From Candidatus Omnitrophota bacterium (GTDB taxonomy: Bacteria > Omnitrophota > Gorgyraeia > Zapsychrales > Zapsychraceae): a stretch of 64,000 nt of DNA. The stretch covers positions 15,557 through 79,556 of the forward strand of contig JADFYJ010000012.1 of assembly GCA_015233115.1 (NCBI GenBank), written 5' to 3'. The notes beneath the pieces were generated by a model. The model searched no databases. It was not told where the DNA came from and saw only the letters and a program-made list of their open reading frames with translations. Shown piece after piece: positions 18,618-29,231 of this stretch. Made by a program: the position numbers and the translations under genes. Numbering within the stretch: position 1 is the stretch's first letter; the number at the start of each line of letters is the position of its first letter.

Positions 18618-20165
18618 TTAAAATATTGTAAAATCACTTTTATAAAATAATTGATGACGTAAATACCTCACCAAAGCCAAATCCGGAACAAACTTATACA
18701 TTTTATATTTTAAACGCTGACGATAATAATAACTCACTGGCCGGGCTACGGCTTGAGCTACGCCGCGCAATACCGGATTTTTTAAACTTCCCATGACATT
18801 ATGCAACGCATTCGACAAAATACTCATATAAGAAATATTTCCCAAATGCACCCGCTCTTTTTTGTTAAACCACGGACTGCGCAAACCTTTTAAATCATAA
18901 TCATCAAATATCCAGTCCGCCCATTCCTCGAGAGTTTGAGGCGGCTTCAGCCCATGTTTGACGGAAAGTTCAAAATCCGGCGTGCCAGGTAAAGGCGTAA
19001 AACAGGCCATGGTTTCAAACTGCGCCTCTGGATTCGCCTTTCTGATTTGATACGTTAAATCAATCGTCATGTTAATATCATCAAACGTTTCCGTAGGATA
19101 TCCAATCAATAACCCGAAACAGGGCGTGATGCCGTGCTTCATGCACCGCTCATTGGCTTCGCGTGTCTGCTCGACTCTGATCCCTTTATTCATCAGATCC
19201 AAAATCCGTTGGGATCCAGATTCCGCGCCGAATTTTAAAGTATGCGCTCCAGCCCGCTTTAATATATCAATGTCATAATCCGACGCTTTGGAAAACACAT
19301 CCACCCGCGTTCCCGACGTGTAAAAACTGATGTTGAGCTTTTCTTTCACGATGCCTTCACAGATCGCGGTCGCCCGCGCCCGGTCAATATAAAATTCATC
19401 GTCGCGCAGCCAAATGCCGTTGAGCTTAAACCGCCGGACATTTTCAACAATCAACTGCAAACTTTTTTCAATCGACATAGCGCGCCACTTACGGCCGCGG
19501 ATGGAAGCACTGCTACAAAACCCGCAGTTAAACGGACAACCCCGGCTGGTCTGGCCAATATCCAGTGCGCGGGAACTGCCGTGCAAATACATATCGCGGT
19601 GAATATAACGTTCTACATCGATCAACTCCCACGGCGTCGGCAATAATTGTTCCACATCCAACAACGGACGATATTCATTTTTTATAATAGCTGAGCCGTC
19701 TTTGTATGCCAGGCCAAGAACACCTTTTAAACTTTGCTTGTGTTCCAATTTTTGAACCAGCTCTAAGAGCGTGGCTTCCCCTTCACCCATAATGACCACA
19801 TCGACTAATTCATGCTGTAAAGTCTGCTCCGGCGCCACAGACGGATGACAGCCGCCCCAGACAATCGGCACTTTTCCGCCGGTTAAATTCCGGGCCATTT
19901 GCGCCAAATGCAGAGCATACCGGATTTGCGTCCCGGTCATGGTCGATATTCCAATACAAAGCAAATCCGTAGAAATATACGGCTTAAGATTTTCTTCCGT
20001 GATCATGTGAGCGCGCTGGTCAAGGATCGCGACTTTGTACCCGTGCTTTAATAATGGCGCGGCATTCGCCAAAAGCGCGTGCGGCGGAGCAATGGTGGAT
20101 CCAAAATCCATTCCTGTTTTCGGATACAACAAAAGGACATGCGGTTTTTGTTCTATATTCTGCAT
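18618..20165 (-). CDS. B12-binding domain radical SAM protein
   Basis: [37 protein letters not shown]. Confidence 0.95.
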   Translation of the reverse strand: MQNIEQKPHVLLLYPKTGMDFGSTIAPPHALLANAAPLLKHGYKVAILDQRAHMITEENLKPYISTDLLCIGISTMTGTQIRYALHLAQMARNLTGGKVPIVWGGCHPSVAPEQTLQHELVDVVIMGEGEATLLELVQKLEHKQSLKGVLGLAYKDGSAIIKNEYRPLLDVEQLLPTPWELIDVERYIHRDMYLHGSSRALDIGQTSRGCPFNCGFCSSASIRGRKWRAMSIEKSLQLIVENVRRFKLNGIWLRDDEFYIDRARATAICEGIVKEKLNISFYTSGTRVDVFSKASDYDIDILKRAGAHTLKFGAESGSQRILDLMNKGIRVEQTREANERCMKHGITPCFGLLIGYPTETFDDINMTIDLTYQIRKANPEAQFETMACFTPLPGTPDFELSVKHGLKPPQTLEEWADWIFDDYDLKGLRSPWFNKKERVHLGNISYMSILSNALHNVMGSLKNPVLRGVAQAVARPVSYYYRQRLKYKMYKFVPDLALVRYLRHQLFYKSDFTIF

Positions 20166-20226
20166 AATAAAATAAATACTGACAAAAAAAATAGTGCCTG
20201 TCACTATTTATTTGATATAATTGCGC

Positions 20227-21879
20227 ATGTCTTTAAAATCAAAAATTACTTTTTCCCAATTTATCGAGAAGCATCTCAACATTATTTTTGTCATCCTCAC
20301 GCTTTTGACAGGGTTTTTCATTGTTTTACCATTTGCCAATTTTCAGGCTTATCTGGCTCAAGGAGATCATGGCCGCGACCTTTATGGTTACTGGATCGTT
20401 TATCAGGGCGGACTGCCTTACCGCGACTTCACCCATTTGTTCGGGCCGCTCATGCCGGAATATTACGCGCTCATGTTTAAATTGTTCGGAGTCAAAATTC
20501 AAAGTGTTTTACTCGGGCAGAATATTCTCATCGTATTAAACGGTTTTCTGGTTTATCAAATTTGCCGACAATTTGGAACTAATTTTTTCGCGTATACGTT
20601 TAGCTTGATGTATTGGGGATTCAGGGATATTGAATTTTTTTATACTTATAATCATACCGGCGGGTTAACGGCCATACTTCTCTTAGTATATGCTTTAATT
20701 CGGTACTTAAATTCTTACGAAATCCGCTATTTATACGTTGGATTTTTCAGCAGCACGCTTCTCATGTTAATTCGATTAAACATGGGCATCGCGTTTTGGT
20801 TTGGTTTTGGATTCTGCGTTTTATTGATTCATGGGATCAACCAAAAACCCATCACCCGAACCGTGATAAAACATTTATTGCGAAGCGCGATTATTTTCGT
20901 TATTCCGGTTATTTTCATTTACTGGCAATTGCTTCACGACTTACCGGATTATGTCCTCAGGCAAAGCTTTCCCTGGGGCAGTAATCAAAGGTCTGACGCC
21001 ACCTCTTCTCCCCTGCAAGCATTATTCCTTTTGAGACAATGGCTTTTGTTTTTCTTTACACAGTCCAAACTTTATATATTTGAAGGTTGGTTAATTATTT
21101 TGGGATTACTGTATACTGCCCAGCTCACTCTTACCAAAAAATTTAATAATCCTGAAGGCCGTAAACTGTTAACCCAGTTGGTTATTTTAGCTGCGTTAAT
21201 CACTATTGGTCTCCATGAATATCTCACGAGCGGAGTGCATTATCGCGTTGAGTGGGTGGGGCCCATCTGTTATGTTTTTTTAGCCTCTTTGTTAGCCAGC
21301 ATACTCCAAAAAGGGCACAAGATATTTAATCTAAAAATTATTCAAACCTTTATCCTTTTTGGAATCATCCTGTTTTCCTATTTAAAATTTTCAGGATATT
21401 ACGAAGTCATTACTAAGTCCAAAACTCCGGGACAATATTTAAATTGGAACGGAACTAAAATTTTTACGACTCAAGACCCTTCCTGGTTCAATACGGTATA
21501 TTCCACGTTAAATTTTATTGACCGCAACATTCCCGCGAATGAACCGATATTATGCGCACCGTATGACGCTCTTTATTTGTTTTTAACCCAGCACAAAAGC
21601 CCGTCACGCGAAGTCATGATATTTAAACATTTCCGCATATCGCCAGAACAAGATCAGGCCATAGCCGACAACCTGGAAAAAAAACATGTGAACTGGGTTA
21701 TTCTATCTAACCGTGCCATTTCCTCTGACCCTGGCTTAGGAATATTGGGAAAAGACTATTGCCCCAAACTGGAATCATATCTTGAGAAAAATTTTAAGAT
21801 TGCGGCTAAAATCGGGCCATGGAACGGGGAGGACAGCTGGGCATGGAATCATGGGACGAGGATATTGAAAAGAAAATGA
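20227..21879 (+). CDS. Multi-pass membrane protein, probable GT-C glycosyltransferase (ArnT/PMT-like)
   Basis: GDHGRD, GGLPYRDF..FGPL in the first loop; about 11 TMs; periplasmic C-terminal domain. Confidence 0.75.
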   Translation: MSLKSKITFSQFIEKHLNIIFVILTLLTGFFIVLPFANFQAYLAQGDHGRDLYGYWIVYQGGLPYRDFTHLFGPLMPEYYALMFKLFGVKIQSVLLGQNILIVLNGFLVYQICRQFGTNFFAYTFSLMYWGFRDIEFFYTYNHTGGLTAILLLVYALIRYLNSYEIRYLYVGFFSSTLLMLIRLNMGIAFWFGFGFCVLLIHGINQKPITRTVIKHLLRSAIIFVIPVIFIYWQLLHDLPDYVLRQSFPWGSNQRSDATSSPLQALFLLRQWLLFFFTQSKLYIFEGWLIILGLLYTAQLTLTKKFNNPEGRKLLTQLVILAALITIGLHEYLTSGVHYRVEWVGPICYVFLASLLASILQKGHKIFNLKIIQTFILFGIILFSYLKFSGYYEVITKSKTPGQYLNWNGTKIFTTQDPSWFNTVYSTLNFIDRNIPANEPILCAPYDALYLFLTQHKSPSREVMIFKHFRISPEQDQAIADNLEKKHVNWVILSNRAISSDPGLGILGKDYCPKLESYLEKNFKIAAKIGPWNGEDSWAWNHGTRILKRK

Positions 21880-21890
21880 ATTGTTAAGCC

Positions 21891-21922
21891 TTGACCAAAT
21901 TAATATCAAATGATATCATTTG
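21891..21922 (+). promoter_or_regulatory. Sigma70 promoter with palindromic operator for the TA operon
   Basis: TTGACC-17 nt-TATCAT; perfect 16-bp palindrome CAAATGATATCATTTG (21907-21922) over the -10 box. Confidence 0.75.
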
Positions 21923-21951
21923 TTTACAAAAGATACCAAAGGGAGGATTTT

Positions 21952-22203
21952 ATGATAGCAGCAAATATGGTGGCTTTGGGCGCAAGAATACCTGCCGGAC
22001 TTAAAAATAATATTATGACCTATTGTGATCGCCATGGAATCAAACTTAGATTTTTTGTTGAACAAGCGCTCGAAGAGAAACTCCGGGAAGAACAGGAAAC
22101 ACAAGAAGACAATGCCGAAATTGATAAACGGCTTAAGAACGCCCACTATGCCGGAACCGAAGAACTAACAAAGTATATATCCTTACGAAAGAAACGGGCT
22201 TAA
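21952..22203 (+). CDS. Antitoxin (RHH-like)
   Basis: SD GGGAGG; RHH-like N-terminus, acidic C-terminal half; stop overlaps the toxin start. Confidence 0.75.
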   Translation: MIAANMVALGARIPAGLKNNIMTYCDRHGIKLRFFVEQALEEKLREEQETQEDNAEIDKRLKNAHYAGTEELTKYISLRKKRA

Positions 22204-22460
22204 TGTATACCGTTTTAATTGAAAAACGCGTATTAAAAGATTTAGACCATTTCCCTTGCGCCGATGTCGAACGCATTCAAGGCATTATTATCGCTTTAAA
22301 AAACGAACCCCGGCCACAGGGCGTTCAAAAACTTCGCGGTTACGCGGCACGTTATCGTGTACGGCAAGGCAACTATCGAATTGTTTACGAGATTGATGAA
22401 AGAAACAAATCCGTGCGGGTTCTGTTAGCAGGACACCGCAAAGATATTTATCGTAAATAA
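22203..22460 (+). CDS. RelE/ParE family toxin
   Basis: PRPQGVQKL, YRVRQGNYRIVYEID, GHRKDIY. Confidence 0.93.
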   Translation: MYTVLIEKRVLKDLDHFPCADVERIQGIIIALKNEPRPQGVQKLRGYAARYRVRQGNYRIVYEIDERNKSVRVLLAGHRKDIYRK

Positions 22461-22466
22461 AAAAAA

Positions 22467-25400
22467 TCAAAGACCCATAATCGGCAAAGGGCTTTGGATC
22501 GGGATGATCCGAAGAATTATTCCCTCAACGCCGGTAAAATTGCCTTTTTGAAATTCCGCGACCATAGCCGGGTCAACCGTCATTTGAACGCCTTTGCCTT
22601 CCTTGGAAATATCCAGACCCATATTCTTGGCGTTTAAATCAATACCCCCGTTCACCATCGCTTCATCGCCTTTCGCTGCCGCTTTATTCACAAACCGCAC
22701 AGACGATTCAGAGCTCCAAGTTTGGCCTGATTTTATTTTTACCAAATCCGCGTCAATGCCATGGAAATCCAAATACAACGCGCTCGGCGATGCGGGGATG
22801 CTTTGCCAGCTCATGGTATTTTCTAAACCAGCCATGCCAACTGGAATCCACAGCATACCGTTTTTCTCTTCCCGGCTAGGCTTAAATTGCATAATCTCAC
22901 CCGTTACATTATTTCTGAATTCCGCGACGACACCATCATTAACGTCAAAATCCAAATCTGTAAAAGGAATTTCAATCGATTCTTTTAAATCTTTTAAAGA
23001 AACCCAGTCATTAAAGTCCTGAGCCTGACCAATATTCTCAGCCGGCTGCAATAATGGTATTTTGTTTTTTGGATCGAGCTTCCAATATTTCTTCGCCTTA
23101 ACCCTGACTGACCAGTCATTGCGATCTGTCTTTGTTTTTTCATCTTTAGCGTCAAAAAATCCATGCAAGCCGCCGCTCCACGGAATAATTTGATCCTCTT
23201 CTACAACTGCGGGATTTAATTTTCCTTTGTTCTCAACTTCCCATTTATAATCATAACCGGATTCGGTCACCCAAAAAGTAAAAGTCACTTTGGCCTCACC
23301 AAAAACATCATTCTTTAAATCTTTATATTGCGGCAAAGTCGTGTCCACCGACATCTTGATAAAAGAACCCTTCGCGTCTTTGCCCTGTTCATCAATAGTC
23401 CAAAGCAAATTAACTTGCGAAAGGCCGTGCAAACCATGTTCAACTCCGTCGGAATCAGCCCAGGAACGGATTAAAGGATTACTTTTGAAATCCGCGGTCT
23501 TGGTTGTATGTAAAGTTTTAAATTGCGCAATTTTGTTAGGCAAACGGCCGGTCCAAAAAGCCATGAGCGGAATCCCCTTGCCCGGCACCAACCGTTCTTT
23601 GCCATTGATGATCAAAGATTCAATTTTTCCGTTTAAAGGATTTACAACAGAGGAATTCCCGGAATTTTGGTCCATAATCGTAATAGGTGTTTTTTGTATC
23701 CTAGCGGCGTCAGGCTGGTGAGATTGCGACACGTTATCAACTATCATGGCCATATCAATAATTTTTCCTTGTAAAAATTCAGCTAACTCATTATCACCTT
23801 TACCCGCATCGACCATTTCTAAAATAGTTTGTCGGATATTGGTCTCGCCCAATCTTTTCAAAATATTAAAAAAATCCTGATAATCAATTCTTTCAAAAAC
23901 TAATAAATTTCTCACTCTCCCGTTTATTTCCCGAGATGCCAAACCAAGAACGTGCGCCTCAGAACCATCACCCTTTATAATCTTACTTATTTCGTATCCA
24001 CGTATTTCTGAATGAGAAAAATCATCCCAAGGTAAACTAACTCCCTTTTGAGTTCTTTCGCCTTTATATTGACGCACGGCATTTCTTAAAAAAATTGTTT
24101 CAGTTTCTTGAAAAATGGCTTGGACTTCTTCGATCACGTTTGTATAAATAAATATATTTCCAACCATAAAACGATCATTATCTAATCCATGAATTAATCG
24201 ATTAGCATCATAAAAATTATAAAAATGTACAAATTTATGAAGTAATGTTTGTAAATTATTGTTATTAGCATAAAAGTTTTCCCAATAACGGTCATTCATA
24301 TCAAAAACATGTACTGGCGAATCCGCGCGGGAAGAATCCTTTTCCTTCACCAAAAAACTAATAAAATTCAACCATGCCATAAAATTATTTAAATCACTTT
24401 TTTTTCTATTTCTATTTCCATAAAATTTAGCTAATTTTTTATTTAAAGCATTTATCTTTAAATCCGTTAGCGTATTATATTTTTTTCCTTTATTGCTAGA
24501 ATCTCCAATGAGAGCGTTATCTATTATCGCTGCGCCAGGTAAGCCGTTGACCTTTGCCATATTTGTCTGGACCATAGCCATATCGCCAACCGCGGACATT
24601 GCTACTTTGTCTGACGGCGTTGCGATCTGCGCGCGGTCGAGAATTTTTGGGATGCCCATATCCGGAGCCAGCCCGCCGGAAAAATATTTGCGCGGGACGA
24701 TTTGCTGGCTGGATGCGTCGTATTCTTCCTTAATATAGTCAAACGTGCCTTTTTTAAATGACTGCAGATATTGATTATAAATTTTTTCTTTGACTGCCGG
24801 ATCATTGGACAAAACGCCGCTGGTCTTCCCTTTATTACTATAGACCTGATTTAACAACGCGTCTTTAAGCGCGAGCTTGTACCATGTAGCCAGGATCATG
24901 GAATAAAACATTTGACGCAATTGCGCGAAATGCTCACCCTGGTTCACTTCTTTTTCGATTTCGGGAATGATAATTTCTTTAATTATAGAAGTTAGAGGAT
25001 AGACGGGAGACGATAGATCAGAAGCGATTGATGCTGTTGTTTTGTTTTTTGTTGCTTGTCTATCTTCTATCTTCTCTTTTCTATTTTCTTGTGCCGCTAA
25101 ATAATCCTGCTCCAAAAGCACTTTCAAATGCGCGCCGACTACGTAGGCGGCATTATTTCTTTCCAGCACTTTGGCTTTGTCAGCGACGATCCAAACTTTG
25201 TTAAAAGTATCTGTGGGGATGTCAAAACCCCTCACCCTGCCCTCTCCCCGGAGGGGAGAGGAAGCGTAGATTTTACTATAAACGCGTTCCCAAAACTTCT
25301 TACCTAATTCTTTTTCTGGATACATGAGCGAGGCGGTTAATTGCTTGAAGATATAATCCTGCGCCAGCATGTCGCGGCCTAACTCAGTCTTGCCCAAATC

Positions 25401-25783
25401 ATCGGTTATTATACGATTTTTTTCATAAGGCGATAAATTGACCCATAGGTCTTCTTCTTTGATGGTGAGGGAAGCAAAAAATATTTGATAAGTTTTTGAG
25501 ATTCGGTTTTAAATGCGGGACTATTGACCTTTAGACCGGATTTTCCAGTGTCGATTATAAAATCAAAAAGCAGAGGATTATCAGGATGAACTTGCATGCC
25601 TTTCATCATAACCGGCATAAACGCGGGTGTGATTGTAATCATGGTGCCGGGAGCGGGTAAATTCAGCCCGTTGGCAAATATCTGGGCATTCGCAGGAGTA
25701 ACTGCTGAAACAATAAAACTGAAAATAATCCAGCAAGCTATCAATCGAAAAGTGAAGGTCTTTTTAAAAACACTTTTACGCAT
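22467..25783 (-). pseudogene. Large exported modular protein (~1,105 aa), split by a 1-nt frameshift
   Basis: Signal peptide ORF 25409-25783 continues in the -1 frame (ASLTIKEEDLWVNLSPYE...) into ORF 22467-25397 at the A6 run 25476-25481. Could be a pseudogene, recoding or a sequencing error. Confidence 0.7.
25228..25261. repeat. CCCTCACCC..CCTCTCCCC-GGA-GGGGAGAGG REP-like palindrome inserted in frame
   Basis: 9-bp stem; encodes SSPLRGEGRVRG; related copy at 30636-30683. Confidence 0.8.
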
Positions 25784-25966
25784 AGTTTTTCCTTGTTGGG
25801 AGTAATATGCGGAAAGGATAACATATAAAATATAAAAATGCCAACCGAAGAGCCTAAAAATTTTATCCTAAAAATCGTTTTCTATAAGGTTAATTTACAC
25901 GGTAAGATAGCGCCATGAAAAAATTAAAAGCTAACTAAATAATATCAGTTCGATGCCCTGCGACGC

Positions 25967-26314
25967 TCATTTGTCATCTCCCCAAAACCACTCATCAATA
26001 TTTTTTTGCTTCCCATAGGATGATGCCCGCTGCCTAACTCTCCCTTGATGTTTCATCTGCTGGAGCGGACTGACCGGTACCTCTGGGATTAACGCGTTGA
26101 TATTTTCCATTAAATTTAAAGCGCGCATAATACGGATCAATTTTAATAACTGAATAGATTCCCCACTTTCAGCCCTTTGCACAGTCGCGATAGATACTCC
26201 CGCTTCCTGGGCTAATTCGGATTGTTTCATATTTTTATTAAGACGATACCTAGCCATCCGTTTCCCTATTTGGTTTAAAACAGCCGGGTCCGATGAAATG
26301 TTTATATGTTCCAT
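25967..26314 (-). CDS. XRE-family HTH regulator (HipB-like)
   Basis: RLNKNMKQSELAQEAGVSIATVQRAESG; C-terminal RQRAS...WFWG. Confidence 0.85.
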   Translation of the reverse strand: MEHINISSDPAVLNQIGKRMARYRLNKNMKQSELAQEAGVSIATVQRAESGESIQLLKLIRIMRALNLMENINALIPEVPVSPLQQMKHQGRVRQRASSYGKQKNIDEWFWGDDK

Positions 26315-26414
26315 ATAATAACTCTTTTTTGATTTGTTATAGCATATTATACAGATAATATATCATTTTTGATGTTTTATGGTGAGTAATATTTGAAGAC
26401 ATGCGTGTAACGAT

Positions 26415-27026
26415 CTATATAACCCCTGCCGAAACAACGGCGATCCCAGCTTTTTGCATCTCGTCGATCGCGTACTTCACGTCACCGGCCGTTAAATCCA
26501 CACCTTTACACGCATCAACAATCAGTGAAGTTTTATATCCCAAATTGACCGCATCTAAAGCCGTAAATTTAACGCAATAATCTGTGGCCAATCCGACCAC
26601 AAAAACTTCTTCAACGCCCTGTTTTTTCAAATAATCATGAAGGCCCGTGTCTTTGATGTTGCCGTTATCAAAAAATCCGCTATAGCTGTCTATATTCGGA
26701 TCCAAGCCTTTTTGAAAAATACGTTGAATATTTTTACTGTCCAGATCTTGGCGCAATGCCGCGCCAGCTGATCCCTGCACACAATGGTCCGGCCATAACA
26801 CTTGAGTTAAACCGTTTAATGAAATAACCTCGCCGATATTTTTGCCTGGATGGTTGCTGGCGAAACTTTTATGATTCTTGGGGTGCCAGTCCTGGGTCGC
26901 AACTACGACGTCAAACCGCGGCAGTATTTTATTGATGATGGGGATGATTTTATCGCCATCTTTTACGGCTAAAGCACCTCCGGGGCAGAAATCGTTTTGG
27001 ACGTCGACAACAATTAATGCTTTCAT
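26415..27026 (-). CDS. pncA: Nicotinamidase/pyrazinamidase
   Basis: VDVQNDF, DWHP, WPDHC, KG..DSYSGF, GLATDYCV. Confidence 0.96.
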   Translation of the reverse strand: MKALIVVDVQNDFCPGGALAVKDGDKIIPIINKILPRFDVVVATQDWHPKNHKSFASNHPGKNIGEVISLNGLTQVLWPDHCVQGSAGAALRQDLDSKNIQRIFQKGLDPNIDSYSGFFDNGNIKDTGLHDYLKKQGVEEVFVVGLATDYCVKFTALDAVNLGYKTSLIVDACKGVDLTAGDVKYAIDEMQKAGIAVVSAGVI

Positions 27027-27039
27027 AGATTCCCCTTTA

Positions 27040-28500
27040 TTAAAGAACCGACTCCCTGGCTTGTAAAATTAGTTCCGTTCTTAGAGAATACAAAGATTTT
27101 TCTATGCCGACCGGGTACTGATGCGGGTTGATAAAACGTTTGACGCCGGAATGGAAACCTCCCAAACTTTTTTGAGCCAGATCTCTGATCGTGCCGATGT
27201 GGGGCAAATTATAAACACTTTTTCCCTGACGGAAAACCGGTTTTAGTAAATCTTCATGTTCGGTATCTGCCGCGATCCGCTTTTGCCGGGTCATATCCAG
27301 AGGATCAACCATGACGCACCCATCTTTTAAATCCGTTTTATCATCGTAAATGACATCCGCGATATATTCCCCTTTCCGCTGATAACGCCTGACCTGCTGG
27401 ATACCCGGATTGGAAACTTTAATCACCTGTTCAGAAACTTTCACCTTATATTGCCAAGCGCCTCCGGCATCACGGATCGCCGCCAATTTGTAAACACCGC
27501 CTAACGCCGGCTGATCATAAGCTGTGATCAATTTTGTTCCCACGCCCCAGACATTAATTTTGCCGCCCTGATCTTTGATGCTTTGAATAATATTTTCATC
27601 CAGATCATTCGTCGCGACAATCTTCGCTTTGGAAAATCCTGCCTCATCCAATAATTTTCTCGCCTCAACACTTAAATAAGCCAAATCACCGGAATCGAGC
27701 CTGATCCCGATCATCTCGTGGCCGTTTTCGCGGAGCCATTTTCCCACTTCAATGGCCCGTCTTACGCCCTCTAACGTGTCATAAGTATCGACGAGAAAAA
27801 TACAATTGTTCGGCATGGTTTTCGCGTAAGATTTAAAAGCCTCCAGTTCTTCGTCGAAAGACATGATCCAACTGTGCGCATGCGTTCCTCTCACCGGAAT
27901 ACCAAACATTTTCCCAGCCAGAACATTGGAGGTTGCCGCGCATCCGCCGATATAAGCAGCTCTGGACGCGGCTAAAGCGCCATCAAAGCCCTGCGCCCGC
28001 CTTAATCCAAATTCAAGGACCGGTTCTCCCTGAGCCGCTAAACATATTCTGGCGGCTTTGGTCGCGATCAGACTTTGAAAATTGATAATATTTAAAAGCG
28101 CGCTCTCTAAAATCTGACAATGAATGAGCGGGCCTTTTACCCTTATTAACGGTTCATGCGGCAGAACAATAGTCCCCTCAGGAATAGCGTCAATATCACA
28201 AGACAAATCCATTTTTCCGAGAAAGGAAAGAAAATCTTCTTCAAACAACGGCTTATCGTCATTGCCCTTTAAAGTACGGAGATAATTAATGTCGGACGAT
28301 TCAAACTTAAAATCTTTAAGAAAGTCCACCACATATTCCAACCCGCACGCAATCGTAAACCCGCCTTTAAAAGGATGCTGTCTAAAAAATAAATTAAAAA
28401 CCGCCTCCTTCTGCCCCATGCCTGCTTTCCAATACCCATAAGCCATGGTCAATTCGTATAAATCAGTCAATAGGGCTAGGGATTGCTGAGATTTATTCAT
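27040..28500 (-). CDS. pncB: Nicotinate phosphoribosyltransferase
   Basis: LLTDLYELTM, EFGLRRAQG, GTHAHS, LVDTYD, IRLDSGDL, GGVYKL. Confidence 0.97.
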   Translation of the reverse strand: MNKSQQSLALLTDLYELTMAYGYWKAGMGQKEAVFNLFFRQHPFKGGFTIACGLEYVVDFLKDFKFESSDINYLRTLKGNDDKPLFEEDFLSFLGKMDLSCDIDAIPEGTIVLPHEPLIRVKGPLIHCQILESALLNIINFQSLIATKAARICLAAQGEPVLEFGLRRAQGFDGALAASRAAYIGGCAATSNVLAGKMFGIPVRGTHAHSWIMSFDEELEAFKSYAKTMPNNCIFLVDTYDTLEGVRRAIEVGKWLRENGHEMIGIRLDSGDLAYLSVEARKLLDEAGFSKAKIVATNDLDENIIQSIKDQGGKINVWGVGTKLITAYDQPALGGVYKLAAIRDAGGAWQYKVKVSEQVIKVSNPGIQQVRRYQRKGEYIADVIYDDKTDLKDGCVMVDPLDMTRQKRIAADTEHEDLLKPVFRQGKSVYNLPHIGTIRDLAQKSLGGFHSGVKRFINPHQYPVGIEKSLYSLRTELILQARESVL

Positions 28501-28628
28501 GATGCGTCCTCTCTAATAAACTTTCAAGTAAAAGTATATTTGTGCCATTTTACCAAAAAATCACATGACTTGTAAAATAAATAGGGGAACGAGTATTAAT
28601 TTTCGAAAAAGACATGTTGACTGGAATG

Positions 28629-28959
28629 CGACTAGATTGCCTTCGGCTTCGCCTGCGGATTGATTGCTTTTCTAAACTTACGTTTTGGAAGCAATCAATA
28701 GAACTCGCAAAATCCTACGGATTTTTGCGAAGCAATCTGTGGGCCAGCACCAAATATAAAAGCCCCCTCTCAAAAGAGGGGTAACATTTGAATTTTAACT
28801 CGATTTCGACTCGATTACCTTCGGCTTCGCCTGCGGATTGATTGCTTTTCTAAACTTACGTTTTGGAAGCAATCAATAGAACTCGCAAAATCCTACGGAT
28901 TTTTGCGAAGCAATCTGTGGGCCAGCACCAAATATAAAAGCCCCCTCTCAAAAGAGGGG
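28629..28959. repeat. ~153-bp direct repeat (offset 178 bp) downstream of tRNA-Asp
   Basis: 28629-28781 and 28807-28959 are near identical and contain several internal hairpins. Confidence 0.92.
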
Positions 28960-28973
28960 GCTTTTATATTTGG
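28928..28973 (-). terminator. 20-bp hairpin/terminator after tRNA-Asp
   Basis: CCAAATATAAAAGCCCCCTC-loop-GAGGGGGCTTTTATATTTGG; one arm begins at the tRNA CCA. Confidence 0.75.
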
Positions 28974-29048
28974 CGGACCCGACGAGATTTGAACTCGCGA
29001 TCTCAAGCGTGACAAGCTTGCATGTTAACCAGACTACACCACGGGTCC
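28971..29048 (-). tRNA. tRNA-Asp(GTC)
   Basis: Cloverleaf GGACCCG...CAAGC-TTGTCAC-GCTTG...GTTCAAAT...CGGGTCC-G-CCA. Confidence 0.96.
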
Positions 29049-29075
29049 TGATATTTGTTCACTAGAGCGATTAAA

Positions 29076-29148
29076 TGGGCGGTGCTGGGCTCGAACCAAC
29101 GGCCGCCTGAATGTAAGTCAGGAGCTCTACCAACTGAGCTAACCGCCC
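29076..29148 (-). tRNA. tRNA-Val(TAC)
   Basis: GGGCGGT TAGCTCAGTTGGTAGAGC..CCTGA-CTTACAT-TCAGG..GTTCGAG..ACCGCCC-A; CCA not encoded. Confidence 0.96.
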
Positions 29149-29198
29149 TAAAATTTTTCTATTGTTTTAGCAAACCACTACTTCCCAAAACGTGCGAT

Positions 29199-29227
29199 AT
29201 ATTACAATATAAAACTTTTCCTGTCAA
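29199..29227 (-). promoter_or_regulatory. Sigma70 promoter of the tRNA operon
   Basis: TTGACA-17 nt-TAATAT about 50 nt upstream of tRNA-Val. Confidence 0.7.
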
Positions 29228-29231
29228 TACC

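Noticed and set aside
28536-28560. NrtR operator upstream of pncB
   Set aside because: TTTGTGCCATTTTACCAAA is only weakly palindromic, and GT-AC spacing is 8 rather than the expected 7
28629-29048. Prophage or island attachment site at tRNA-Asp
   Set aside because: The duplicated unit does not include the tRNA 3' half, there is no integrase, and the flanking genes are housekeeping pncAB
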